Below, in pieces: positions 19,609-28,429 of a stretch of DNA of 64,000 nucleotides. The first letter of the stretch is position 1, and every line of letters starts with the position of its first letter. This DNA is from Candidatus Fervidibacter sp. GTDB taxonomy: Bacteria; Armatimonadota; Fervidibacteria; Fervidibacterales; Fervidibacteraceae. The translations under genes and the position numbers were made by a program. The stretch spans positions 4,326-68,325 of the forward strand of contig JBGOEW010000006.1 of the NCBI GenBank assembly GCA_041446875.1, written 5' to 3'. Below the pieces are notes generated by a model. That model was given only the letters and a program-made list of their open reading frames with translations. It had not been told where the DNA came from and ran no database searches.

Positions 19609-21438
19609 ATGCGTCGGTGGTCACTCATTGGGTTCAGTGTCGTCGTCGCCTTACTTGTCGGTTGCGGGGGTGGCAAAGCGCCGATCAAAGGCGGTGGAGA
19701 TGGTAGCGGGACGGCAAGCGCACCGACGGGGAGCGTGCAAGGGCGCTTAGCCAACTCAGGGACGCGCCAAGCCTCCTTCAGCCACTTCATCGCCCGCGTG
19801 CATGGGACGGAAGACAAGCAAAAACTTGCCGTCCAAGTCAAAACGGATGGGACTTTCCAAATTGACGGTGTGCCAACAGGTTGGCAGACGCTGACGGTAG
19901 AAGACACCCAAGGGCTTCAGGGCGCTGTCATCGTCGCCTTCGTTCGCCCCAACAAAGTAACGGATGTCGGCGAAATCGTCCCAAAGCCGATGGGCAAAAT
20001 CTCAGGCATTGTCGCCGAAGTGGATGCCAACGGCAATCGGGTCAAACCTATCGCCCGTGCCCGCCTCATTGCCCATCCCGTTCAAAGCGAGCAAGAGACA
20101 CTGGGCGACCTTTCCGAGCGTCCCGCTTTCACAACCCTCAGCGACGGCAATGGCAGTTATGAGTTGCTCGTTCCGCCTGGCGATTACCTCGTGGAAGCCT
20201 ACCATCCCGACTATGAGCCTGATGCCCAAACGGTGAGCGTGCAAGCCCTGAGAACTTCTTCTTTGGACTTTGGGCTTCACCCTCGCCCGCTCCATTTGGG
20301 CACGGTCGTCGGGACGGTCAAGGCGCAAGTGAACGGGCAAATTGTGGCGGTTGCTGGCGCCCTCGTCGGGCTCATCCCGAAAGAGCAACTCGTTCCCCAA
20401 CCTCCGCTCCCACCTTTCCTGACGGTCGGCGAACTGATGAGCGCCACGCAAAAGGGCAAGATGCATCCCGTTCCCCTTCGCTGGTTCTTCACCTTCACCA
20501 AAGCCGATGGGACTTTTGAGTTGACGGGCGTGCCCGCTGGCACTTACACCGCCATCGCCTTCAAGGGCGGGTTGGGTGAAGACCGAAAGGACATCACCGT
20601 CCAAGCGAATGCGACGGTGACGGTGGACTTTGTCCTTCAGATGCCCGTCGGCATCGTCCAAGGGCAAGTGACCGATGCGGTGACAGGGCAACCGATTGCT
20701 GGCGCCGTCATCGTCGCCGTCCGCAAGGGCGACCCTTGGTGGGACTGGGATGATTGGCGCCCCGAAGCGGAAGGGCGGAAGAAGCCCCACTGGGTTCGCC
20801 CCGAAGAGGACGACCATGCCCACCCAGGCACCCCACCCGACTTCGGTCTCCTTCCCCCGACCATCCCGCCCATTCGGGACGGCACTGTTACTGACAACGA
20901 CGGGCATTACCAGTTGCTTTTGCCCCCTGGCAGTTACTTCATCGCTGCGTTCGCCCACGGCTATCAAGCCCAAGCGCAGGAAGTGGACAACTTGCGGGCA
21001 GGGCAGACCGTGACCGTTAACTTCGCCCTCACCCCCGCTTCCGCTCCCCCGCCAACCGAATTAGAACATCTTTCGCTGCGATTGCGGGTAGAACCTCCTC
21101 AAGCGCATGCAGGTGAGAAAGTCACGATGCGACTGAAGGTGGAAAACGAAGGTAGCCGACCCGTGACCTTGACTTTCCCAACGGGGCAGCGTTACGACTT
21201 TGTGGTGATGACGCTTGACCAACAAGTCATCTGGGTTTGGTCGCACGGCAAGCAATTCACCCAAGCCGTCAACACCCTCACCCTCTCGCCAGGGCAGGAA
21301 GCGGAGTTTGAAGAGGAGTGGGATCAGACCGACAACGACGGCAACCCCATCCGACCTGGCACTTACTTTGTCAAGGGCATCCTGTCAACCCAACCTCCGA
21401 GGGAAACGGCATTGCAACGGTTGGTCATCCTTCCGTAA
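19609..21438 (+). CDS. Lipoprotein with repeated carboxypeptidase-regulatory-like domains and a C-terminal BsuPI (proteinase-inhibitor-like) domain
   Basis: Lipobox LLVGC and several G-x-V/TDxDGxY/F repeats. The C-terminal TLTFPTGQRYDFVV...IWVWSHGKQFTQAV...WDQTDNDGNPIRPGTY matches BsuPI. Confidence 0.75.
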   Translation: MRRWSLIGFSVVVALLVGCGGGKAPIKGGGDGSGTASAPTGSVQGRLANSGTRQASFSHFIARVHGTEDKQKLAVQVKTDGTFQIDGVPTGWQTLTVEDTQGLQGAVIVAFVRPNKVTDVGEIVPKPMGKISGIVAEVDANGNRVKPIARARLIAHPVQSEQETLGDLSERPAFTTLSDGNGSYELLVPPGDYLVEAYHPDYEPDAQTVSVQALRTSSLDFGLHPRPLHLGTVVGTVKAQVNGQIVAVAGALVGLIPKEQLVPQPPLPPFLTVGELMSATQKGKMHPVPLRWFFTFTKADGTFELTGVPAGTYTAIAFKGGLGEDRKDITVQANATVTVDFVLQMPVGIVQGQVTDAVTGQPIAGAVIVAVRKGDPWWDWDDWRPEAEGRKKPHWVRPEEDDHAHPGTPPDFGLLPPTIPPIRDGTVTDNDGHYQLLLPPGSYFIAAFAHGYQAQAQEVDNLRAGQTVTVNFALTPASAPPPTELEHLSLRLRVEPPQAHAGEKVTMRLKVENEGSRPVTLTFPTGQRYDFVVMTLDQQVIWVWSHGKQFTQAVNTLTLSPGQEAEFEEEWDQTDNDGNPIRPGTYFVKGILSTQPPRETALQRLVILP

Positions 21439-21445
21439 GGCGAAA

Positions 21446-21469
21446 GGGGCGGCGCCACAGCGCCGCCCC
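21446..21469 (+). terminator. GC-rich hairpin after the BsuPI lipoprotein gene
   Basis: GGGGCGGCGC-CACA-GCGCCGCCCC, a 10-bp perfect stem with a weak U-tract. Confidence 0.5.
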
Positions 21470-21517
21470 GTTCCTCACCGCACAATGATGCCGAGACTTT
21501 CAGCGAGGTGAGAAGCC

Positions 21518-22213
21518 ATGAAGCGTTGGAGCGTTTTGGCTGTCGCTGCCTCTTTGCTCTATGCCGCTTTCTCCCAAGAGTTCAGCATCACCGCCATCGC
21601 CCAAAAGAGTGGGCTGAGTTGGGAGGAAGCGGCAGCGGCGCTGCTTTTGGCGAAAACTTTCGGCGTGGACATGACGATGGTCATCAGCACCCGAAAGGAA
21701 GCGGCGACGCCTGTCTTTGCCCTTGCCCCTGCCGTTGTCATCGCCAAAGTCAGCAAAAAAGACCTGCGGGAAATCTTGAAGGCGCACAGCAAGGGGCACG
21801 GCTGGGGCGTCATCGCCCACCAACTGGGCGTCCATCCCAGCGCCTTCAACAAGCAACGGGTCGCCCTCAACAAACTCAGCGATGACGACTTGGAAGCGTC
21901 CGTTTGGCTTTCGGTGCTCTCGCAAGTTTTCGGGACGCCTTCCGAACAAATCGTCGTCTTGCGCCGTCAAGGGCTGAACTGGGGCGATGTCATCGCCGCC
22001 TTGCAAGTCGCTTCAGCAACCCGCCAATCCCCTGACAAAGTGCTGGTCATCTGGCAGCAATCAGGCAAAGACTGGACAAAGGTGCGGGCAAAGTTAGGTG
22101 TCTCCCCCGATTGGCTGCCTTCTCCCCAAAAGAGCGACGAAGATGCAAAGGAGGCGAAAGGCAAAGGGCACGAGAAGGGGCAAGGCAAAGGGCAGGGGAA
22201 GGGAAAGCACTGA
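21518..22213 (+). CDS. Exported hypothetical protein with GxxWGx(I/V)A helical repeats and a Lys/Gly-rich tail
   Basis: Signal peptide-like N-terminus, GHGWGVIAHQLGV / GLNWGDVIAAL / GKDWTKVRAKLGV repeats, and GAGGTGA RBS. Confidence 0.75.
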   Translation: MKRWSVLAVAASLLYAAFSQEFSITAIAQKSGLSWEEAAAALLLAKTFGVDMTMVISTRKEAATPVFALAPAVVIAKVSKKDLREILKAHSKGHGWGVIAHQLGVHPSAFNKQRVALNKLSDDDLEASVWLSVLSQVFGTPSEQIVVLRRQGLNWGDVIAALQVASATRQSPDKVLVIWQQSGKDWTKVRAKLGVSPDWLPSPQKSDEDAKEAKGKGHEKGQGKGQGKGKH

Positions 22214-22276
22214 GGACGCTATGATGAGTAGGCGATAGCCCGACAGGTCGTCAACCCTTTTCGGAGGTGACAGACG

Positions 22277-22684
22277 ATGAAGCGATTCATCGGTGTTGCG
22301 TTGGTCGTAGCCGTCGTGGTCGGTGGCGTGTTGGCGCAGGAACAAATCTTGAAGGGCATCGGGGCAATTGCCCTAACGAAAGCCCTCGCTAACGAGTTGA
22401 ACAAGGGCATCAACACCGTCATGGGGCGCAACGGCATCAAAGCCCAGTCCACCAAGGTCGTCCCCATCATCAGTGTCGGGGAAGGGCTTCGGGTCGGCGC
22501 CGCCCAAGTGATGGGTTCGCCTTCGCTCGTCAAGAAGGTAGAAGCCGTCGCCCAATTGGAAGCCAACTTGATGGGTTCGGCGCGGGCGAAAATTTTGGTG
22601 CCCGTCTCCGATGTCAATGTCACCCGAGGCATCAAGCAGGTCACGGGGGTCGGTGTCTCGGCGATCATTGACTTGAAGTTGTGA
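22277..22684 (+). CDS. Exported hypothetical protein
   Basis: GGAGGTGA RBS, signal peptide ending VLA-Q, and a compact beta-rich 135-aa ORF. Confidence 0.75.
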   Translation: MKRFIGVALVVAVVVGGVLAQEQILKGIGAIALTKALANELNKGINTVMGRNGIKAQSTKVVPIISVGEGLRVGAAQVMGSPSLVKKVEAVAQLEANLMGSARAKILVPVSDVNVTRGIKQVTGVGVSAIIDLKL

Positions 22685-22690
22685 GTCACC

Positions 22691-22734
22691 AAAACGGCAG
22701 CGAATAGTGAGTAGCGAATGGCGAGTGGCGAATG
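22691..22734 (+). repeat. Tandem heptamer array (GCGA(A/G)T(A/G)-type) led by AAAACGGCA
   Basis: GCGAATA-GTGAGTA-GCGAATG-GCGAGTG-GCGAATG at 22700-22734. Confidence 0.85.
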
Positions 22735-22740
22735 ATTTGG

Positions 22741-22767
22741 CGGGATGTTTTGGTCTAACACGATCAT
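22741..22767 (-). pseudogene. 9-codon relic of a PIN-like (DUF5615-type) toxin gene
   Basis: ATG overlaps the DUF433 stop (ATGA). Reads MIVLDQNIP, like the hhLDENhP PIN start, then runs into the heptamer array. Confidence 0.55.
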
Positions 22768-23039
22768 TGAGCACTCCCGACCTTTGCCACTGTTACCCGC
22801 TGTCGGTTCACCTGTCGCATTAGGGCGTCCTTTGCTAACTTCACCGCTTCAGCGATATGTTCGTGGGTCAGATAGCCGTCAAAGTTGCGGCAGATTTCGT
22901 CCCAACTCATGCCCTTTGCCACCATGTCCAAGACGACGGAGACGAGGATTCTCGTGCCCTTGAAAGTCAGCGCCCCATGACAAACTTTCGGGTCGCTGAC
23001 GATATAGCGCCCATACTCTCGCCGCTTCATCGCGGTCAA
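22764..23039 (-). CDS. DUF433 domain-containing protein (antitoxin-like)
   Basis: IVSDPKVCHGALTFKGTRILVSVVLDMVAKGMSWDEI...LTHEHIAEAV is the DUF433 signature. Confidence 0.9.
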   Translation of the reverse strand: MTAMKRREYGRYIVSDPKVCHGALTFKGTRILVSVVLDMVAKGMSWDEICRNFDGYLTHEHIAEAVKLAKDALMRQVNRQRVTVAKVGSAQ

Positions 23040-23054
23040 CCTCCTTGCGCGCCA

Positions 23055-24659
23055 TCATGCTGACAGGGCGACGCCGCCACCTGCTGGGTCGGAAGCGCCG
23101 ACCCATCGGCGTCCTTGTCGCATCGCCGCCTGCACCAACGCAATGCCGCCATAACTTTGTGGGAACTTGACGCACGGTTGCCCTTTCCGTTGCACTTCGT
23201 CCAGCACCCACGAAGGGATGCGGGCTTGACACTCAATGGCGTGAACTTGAGCATCAAAGCGAGGCGCAGCGACGGCTTCTGTCGGTGACATCTGAAAGTC
23301 CACGATGTTCAGCAACACTTGCACGATGCCGCTGACGATGCGGGCGCCGCCTGGTGCGCCCAAAACTAACATCGGCTCACCGTCGCGAAAAACGATGGTC
23401 GGTGCCATCCCTGAAAGGCGCGCTTTGCCGGGGGCGATGGAGTTAGGGTTGCCGGGCAAGGGATGAAAGCCCACCATCGCGTTGTTGAGCATGAAACCCG
23501 TCCCGCGTGGGATAACGCCTGACGATGAGCCCAGCGTGTGCGTCAAGGCGATGATGTTGCCGTCGCTATCCACGACGGTGAGATGCGTCGTGCCGTGTGG
23601 CTCGGCGATCAAGCGAGGCACTGTCAGCACTTCGCCCCGTTCAATGCGTGCCCGCCACGCCGACAAATGCCCGTCGGAAAGCAATTTGTCAACGGGCACG
23701 GAAACAAACTCTGGGTCGCCCAGATGACGCACCTTGTCGGTGAAGGCGGCTTTAAAGGCTTGGGCGACGACGAACAAGTAATCGGGCGAGTTGTGCCCCA
23801 ACTTTGTCAAGTCAAACCCTTCCAGCAACCGAAGGATTTGCAAAACGGTCAAGCCCCCCGCAGGCAGTGGAGCGGAAACGACTTCGTAACCCCGATAAGT
23901 TGCCCGAAGGGGTTCATGCCAACGGACGCGGTAGCGCTCCAAGTCTTGACGGGTGAAATGACCGCCCCGCTCCTCCACTTCGGCAAGGATGGCGGCAGCG
24001 ATAGCGCCCCGATAAAACTCGTCAAGACCATGCTCTGAAAGCGCCGTCAATGTCCGAGCCAAATCGGGATTGCGCAAAACTTCTCCTGCCTCGTAAGGAG
24101 CGCCATTGGGTTTGAGAAAGAGGCGGTGGGCTTCGGGAGACATCTGCAAGCGCTGCAGCAAAGACGGGCGTTCAGGGAAAGCCTCGCGGGCTTTCCAACT
24201 GCGAGCCAGTTCGGCGCTGACGACAAACCCTTCCGAAGCGATGTGGATGGCAGGCTGCAAAACTTGCTGCCACGACCAAGTGCCGTAACGCTGCAGCAAG
24301 GCATAAAGCCCTGCGACCGTCCCCGGCACACCGACAGAAGCAGGTCCGACATCGTTGACGGCATCCCGAAGGAAGAAGCCAAAACCGTCGGGTGCTTCCC
24401 GCAGCACCTTATCTGCCCACATGTCAGGCGTCGCTTTGCTCCCTGCGCGGGCGTGGAAGGAAAGGCAATCCACGCGCTTTGCCTTAGCGTCGTAAATGAG
24501 GGCGACACCGAACCCGCCGATGCCGCACATTTGCGGGTCAATGACGCCCTGCACCATCGCAGCGGCGACCGCCGCATCAGCGGCGTTTCCACCTTGCCGC
24601 AAGACTTTGACGCCTTCTTCTACCGCCACCACTTGCGGGGCGACGACCAACCCTGCCAT
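23055..24659 (-). CDS. ggt: Gamma-glutamyltransferase (second paralog)
   Basis: GGNAADAAVA...DPQMCGIGG, HGTTHLTVVD (Thr nucleophile), LSGMAPT and GAPGG motifs. Confidence 0.93.
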   Translation of the reverse strand: MAGLVVAPQVVAVEEGVKVLRQGGNAADAAVAAAMVQGVIDPQMCGIGGFGVALIYDAKAKRVDCLSFHARAGSKATPDMWADKVLREAPDGFGFFLRDAVNDVGPASVGVPGTVAGLYALLQRYGTWSWQQVLQPAIHIASEGFVVSAELARSWKAREAFPERPSLLQRLQMSPEAHRLFLKPNGAPYEAGEVLRNPDLARTLTALSEHGLDEFYRGAIAAAILAEVEERGGHFTRQDLERYRVRWHEPLRATYRGYEVVSAPLPAGGLTVLQILRLLEGFDLTKLGHNSPDYLFVVAQAFKAAFTDKVRHLGDPEFVSVPVDKLLSDGHLSAWRARIERGEVLTVPRLIAEPHGTTHLTVVDSDGNIIALTHTLGSSSGVIPRGTGFMLNNAMVGFHPLPGNPNSIAPGKARLSGMAPTIVFRDGEPMLVLGAPGGARIVSGIVQVLLNIVDFQMSPTEAVAAPRFDAQVHAIECQARIPSWVLDEVQRKGQPCVKFPQSYGGIALVQAAMRQGRRWVGASDPAGGGVALSA

Positions 24660-24720
24660 GCCATCCCACTCCTTCCGTCGCTAAAGTTGAAGCCGCCGTT
24701 AAGTTTGTGACCGATGGACG

Positions 24721-25749
24721 GTGGCTAACAGCCATTCCAACAACCGTTGGCAAGGCGAGGTGACAAGGGTGCCGACCGCCGTCATCACCGATGCCGAGTT
24801 TGCCGACTTTTCGTGGGAGCGACAATTTTTTGCCGACCACGACATCACGCTTGTCATCGGCAATTGTCGGACGCCGCAGGAAGCAGCGGCGTTAGCCACG
24901 GACGCCGATGCCATCATCACCAACCGCTGCCCCATCAACCGAGAAGTTATCGCTCGCCTGAACCGTTGCCGCATCATCGTCCGTTACGGGGTCGGCGTGG
25001 ACAATGTGGACATCGCTGCCGCGACGGAAAAGGGCATCCTTGTGTGCAATGTGCCCGATTACAGCGTCAACGAAGTCGCCACCCACGCCGTCGCCTTGCT
25101 CCTTTGTTGCTGGCGGAAGGTGCATGTCGGCGACGCAGGGTTGAAGCGAGGCGAGTGGCAAAACTACCGAACTATCGCCCCCGTTCATCGGACGATCGGA
25201 AAAACGGTGGGGCTTTTCGGTTTCGGTCGCATCGCCCGTCGCGTCGCCGAGTTGCTTTACCCCTTTGGCTTTCGCCCCATCGCTTTTGACCCTTATGTGC
25301 CCGACGAAGAGATGCTGTTGCACGGGACGGAGAAGGTGGACTTTGCGACTTTGCTGGAACGCAGCGACGCTATTTCTGTCCATGCGCCTTTGACCGACGA
25401 AACACGAGGCATCTTTAACCGCGACGCTTTCGCCCGAATGAAACGAGGCGTTGTCTTCGTCAATACAGCGCGAGGCGGTTTGGTGGATGAGGAAGCGTTG
25501 CTTTGGGCGTTGGACGAGGACATCGTTTCGGCGGCGGGTTTGGATGTGTTCGTCAATGAACCTCATCCTGACCTGCGCTTGGTCTGCCATCCGAAAGTCA
25601 TCGCTACGCCCCATTGGGCTTGGTATTCCGAGGAAGCCCTTTGGGAGTTGCGGCGGAAAGTCGCCGAGCAAGTCGTTCAGGCGCTGAAAGGAGAACGCCC
25701 CGCTTATGCCCTGAACTTTGAGGCTGTCACGGCAAAAAAGAGCGAGTAG
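24721..25749 (+). CDS. D-isomer-specific 2-hydroxyacid dehydrogenase (CtBP/SerA-like)
   Basis: RYGVGVDNVD, GLFGFGRI, VNTARGG, AGLDVF and TPHWAWYS motifs. The start may be GTG 24760. Confidence 0.9.
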   Translation: MANSHSNNRWQGEVTRVPTAVITDAEFADFSWERQFFADHDITLVIGNCRTPQEAAALATDADAIITNRCPINREVIARLNRCRIIVRYGVGVDNVDIAAATEKGILVCNVPDYSVNEVATHAVALLLCCWRKVHVGDAGLKRGEWQNYRTIAPVHRTIGKTVGLFGFGRIARRVAELLYPFGFRPIAFDPYVPDEEMLLHGTEKVDFATLLERSDAISVHAPLTDETRGIFNRDAFARMKRGVVFVNTARGGLVDEEALLWALDEDIVSAAGLDVFVNEPHPDLRLVCHPKVIATPHWAWYSEEALWELRRKVAEQVVQALKGERPAYALNFEAVTAKKSE

Positions 25750-25815
25750 CCACGACAGGCTATCAGCCGCAACAAGTTATCAGCCCCGATGGGCTATCAA
25801 CGGCGAGAGGCGAAG
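25747..25815 (+). repeat. Short intergenic repeat with 17-bp period, related to the AGCCAC motif
   Basis: TAGCCACGAC at 25747, then TATCA(G/A)C at 25761, 25778 and 25795. Confidence 0.6.
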
Positions 25816-25824
25816 CCCGAAAGG

Positions 25825-26802
25825 CTAAGGTGTCTTTGAAAGGAGCGCAAGTAAAGTCGCCATGTCTTCGGGGACGGGCGCTTCCACTTGCAGGCGTTCC
25901 TTTGTGCGGGGATGGTCAAAGGCGAGCCGCCAAGCGTGCAAAGCAAAGCCGTTCAGTTGGGCGATGCGGTCGGCAAGGTCAAAGCGTTTTTGAGCGCGAG
26001 CAACCCGCAAGGCTTTCGCCTGCCCGTTGTAAGTTTCGTCGCCGACGACAGGTAAACCCAAATGTCGCAAGTGCACCCGAATTTGGTGGGTGCGTCCCGT
26101 GATGGGATGCACTTCCAACAATGCAAAACCGTCAAAACGCTGTCGCACCCAAAATTCCGTCACGGCATCAATGGCATGAGGCGATGGGCGAGTGGCGACG
26201 GTGAAGCGTTCAGGGTCGTCGGGATGGCGCATCAATGGCGCTGCGACGATGCGGTGTTCAAAGTCAGGCACGCCGACGACAAGGGCGAGGTAGCGCTTGT
26301 CCACTTGGTGCTCGGCAAACTGCCGCGCTAACCGCAAATGGGCAAAGTTCGTTTTGGCGATGACCATCGCCCCTGAAGTGCCTTTGTCCAGCCGATGAAC
26401 GATGCCCCGCCGTTGCGGTCCTGCGATGTCCGAAAGCGGGATGCCCAACGCCAGCAAAGCATGAACCAGCGTCCCCCTCTTGACGCCCGCACCAGGGTGC
26501 ACGACCATCCCGCGTGGCTTGTTGACGACCAGCAAGTCGTCGTCCTCGTAGAGGATGGGCAAAGGGATGGGTTCAGGTTGCAAATCGGTCGGTTCAGGTT
26601 CGGGCAAACGCACCGTCACCCGTTCGTCGCCTTGCAGCAGAAAACTGGGTTTCGTCACCGTCACCCCATTGACCTGCACAGCACCGCAACGGATGAGGTG
26701 TTGACAGCGGGAGCGCGAAAGGTCGGGCAAATGGTGCGCCAAGAAAGCGTCCAATCGCATTCCTGCGATTCCGTGCAGTTCAACGAGTTCGCCCATCCCC
26801 AT
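25825..26802 (-). CDS. RluA/RluD family pseudouridine synthase
   Basis: S4-like RLDAFLA...SRSRCQHLI, VNKPRGMVVHP, IVHRLDKGTSG and TGRTHQIRVH motifs. The start is placed at 26802/26796. Confidence 0.93.
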   Translation of the reverse strand: MGMGELVELHGIAGMRLDAFLAHHLPDLSRSRCQHLIRCGAVQVNGVTVTKPSFLLQGDERVTVRLPEPEPTDLQPEPIPLPILYEDDDLLVVNKPRGMVVHPGAGVKRGTLVHALLALGIPLSDIAGPQRRGIVHRLDKGTSGAMVIAKTNFAHLRLARQFAEHQVDKRYLALVVGVPDFEHRIVAAPLMRHPDDPERFTVATRPSPHAIDAVTEFWVRQRFDGFALLEVHPITGRTHQIRVHLRHLGLPVVGDETYNGQAKALRVARAQKRFDLADRIAQLNGFALHAWRLAFDHPRTKERLQVEAPVPEDMATLLALLSKTP

Positions 26803-26827
26803 TTGCCCCCGTCCGTCGGGCGCATCC

Positions 26828-27928
26828 TCAGGTTTCAGCGAGGACTTGGCGCAAAGTGGCAAGGAAGCGTTCAACTTGTTCAGGCGTGCCGACATCCACC
26901 CGCAAATGGGTCGGCAACCCAAAGACATCGCAAGGGCGAACGATGATGCCTTTGCGCAACAACGCATCGGCAACGACACGACAATCGCGCCCGACATCCA
27001 TCAAAACGAAGTTGGCTTCCGTCGGCACATAACGGATGCCCAGTTGCTCCAAACCGCGATAGAGCAACCGCTTGCTCGTCCAGACAGTTTTGCGCACCCG
27101 CTCCAAAAACTCGCGGTCGTCCAACGCCGCTTCAGCAGCGGCGGCGGCAATACTGCTGACATTGAAAGGCTCGCGCACTTTCAAAAGCAGTTGGGCGATT
27201 TCGGGGGGCGCAAAGCCATAACCGATGCGCAAACCTGCCAAGCCATAGGCTTTGGAGAAAGTCCGCAGGACGACGACGGGTCGTCCGTCCCGAACGAAGT
27301 CCAGCCCGTCGGGATAGTCGGAGGCTTCCACGAACTCGGCGTAGGCTTCATCCAGCACCAACAAAATGCCGTCGGGCAATTCGTTTAGCAACGCCCGCAC
27401 CGCCCGCTCCCGCAAAATCGTTCCCGTCGGGTTGTTGGGGTTGTCAAGGAAGACGACCTTCGTTTTTGAGGTGACAGCGCTCAGCAAGGCAGCGACATCG
27501 TGGACGAAATCTTTCAGCGCCACCTTGACAGGCGTTGCGCCCATCAGGGTCGTGAGGATGCCATACATCACGAAGGACGGGTCGCTCATGACGGCTTCGT
27601 CGCCGTCGCCCAGAAAAGTTTGGGCGATGTGCAAAAGCAACTCGTCCGAACCCCGCCCCAACAAAATCGTCTCCACTGGCATCTGGTAAACTTGCGCCAG
27701 TTTGTGCCGCAGGCGGTAGTAACTGTCATCGGGATAGCGATGGGCTTCTTGCAACGCTTGCATCGCCGCTTCAAGGGCTTTGGGCGACGGACCGAGCGGG
27801 TTTTCGTTGGACGCCAGTTTGATGACTTCCGTCAAACCCAACTCTCGCTGGACTTGCTCAATGGGTTTGCCGGGCACATAAGGTTTGAGGCGATGGATGG
27901 CAGGACGCGCCCTTGATGCCCAATCCAT
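26828..27928 (-). CDS. hisC: Histidinol-phosphate aminotransferase
   Basis: YVPGKP, KLASNENP, NPNNPTG, DEAY and RTFSKAYGLAGLRIGY motifs. The long upstream ORF extension overlaps iscA and is discarded. Confidence 0.93.
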   Translation of the reverse strand: MDWASRARPAIHRLKPYVPGKPIEQVQRELGLTEVIKLASNENPLGPSPKALEAAMQALQEAHRYPDDSYYRLRHKLAQVYQMPVETILLGRGSDELLLHIAQTFLGDGDEAVMSDPSFVMYGILTTLMGATPVKVALKDFVHDVAALLSAVTSKTKVVFLDNPNNPTGTILRERAVRALLNELPDGILLVLDEAYAEFVEASDYPDGLDFVRDGRPVVVLRTFSKAYGLAGLRIGYGFAPPEIAQLLLKVREPFNVSSIAAAAAEAALDDREFLERVRKTVWTSKRLLYRGLEQLGIRYVPTEANFVLMDVGRDCRVVADALLRKGIIVRPCDVFGLPTHLRVDVGTPEQVERFLATLRQVLAET

Positions 27929-28036
27929 TCTCCGTCCGCTCCTTTCCGTCTCCGTGAGTAGCGTCCCCATTTTGCCACCGCATTGCCTTGATAGGCGTGG
28001 CATAATCAAGGCGACCCACGCAAGGAGGGATGGACG

Positions 28037-28423
28037 ATGGCTGAAGTGACCGTTATGCCCGTGACCTTGACGGAGAAGGCAGCCGAAATCGTCAAGGCGA
28101 TTTTGGAGAAGAAGCAGAAACCCAACGCTGCCTTGCGCCTGTTCATCATGCAGGGCGGATGTTGCGGTTTTCAGTATGGCTTGGGCATCACCGAGAAGGT
28201 CAACGACGATGACGCCATCTTTGAGTCGCACGGCGTGCGCATCGTCGTAGACCCGCTGAGCCTTCAATTTGTGCAAGGGTCGGTCATTGACTACGAGGAC
28301 GATGACTTGATGGGCGGCGGATTTCGTGTGGACAACCCCAATGCCACCGCCGAATGCGAATGCGGTCATTCCTTCAAAGCGCCCGGCGCCCCCGAAGGCA
28401 AGCCGTGCTGCGGGATGCGCTAA
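28037..28423 (+). CDS. iscA: A-type Fe-S cluster assembly accessory protein (HesB/IscA/ErpA family)
   Basis: LTEKAA, GGCCGFQYGL, GFRVDNPNA and CECGHSF motifs. Confidence 0.9.
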   Translation: MAEVTVMPVTLTEKAAEIVKAILEKKQKPNAALRLFIMQGGCCGFQYGLGITEKVNDDDAIFESHGVRIVVDPLSLQFVQGSVIDYEDDDLMGGGFRVDNPNATAECECGHSFKAPGAPEGKPCCGMR

Positions 28424-28429
28424 ACGCAG

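Noticed and set aside
23036-23257. 73-aa ORF upstream of DUF433 as a TA partner
   Set aside because: It overlaps the ggt 3' end in another frame and shows no family signal. The real partner appears to be the relic downstream of DUF433.
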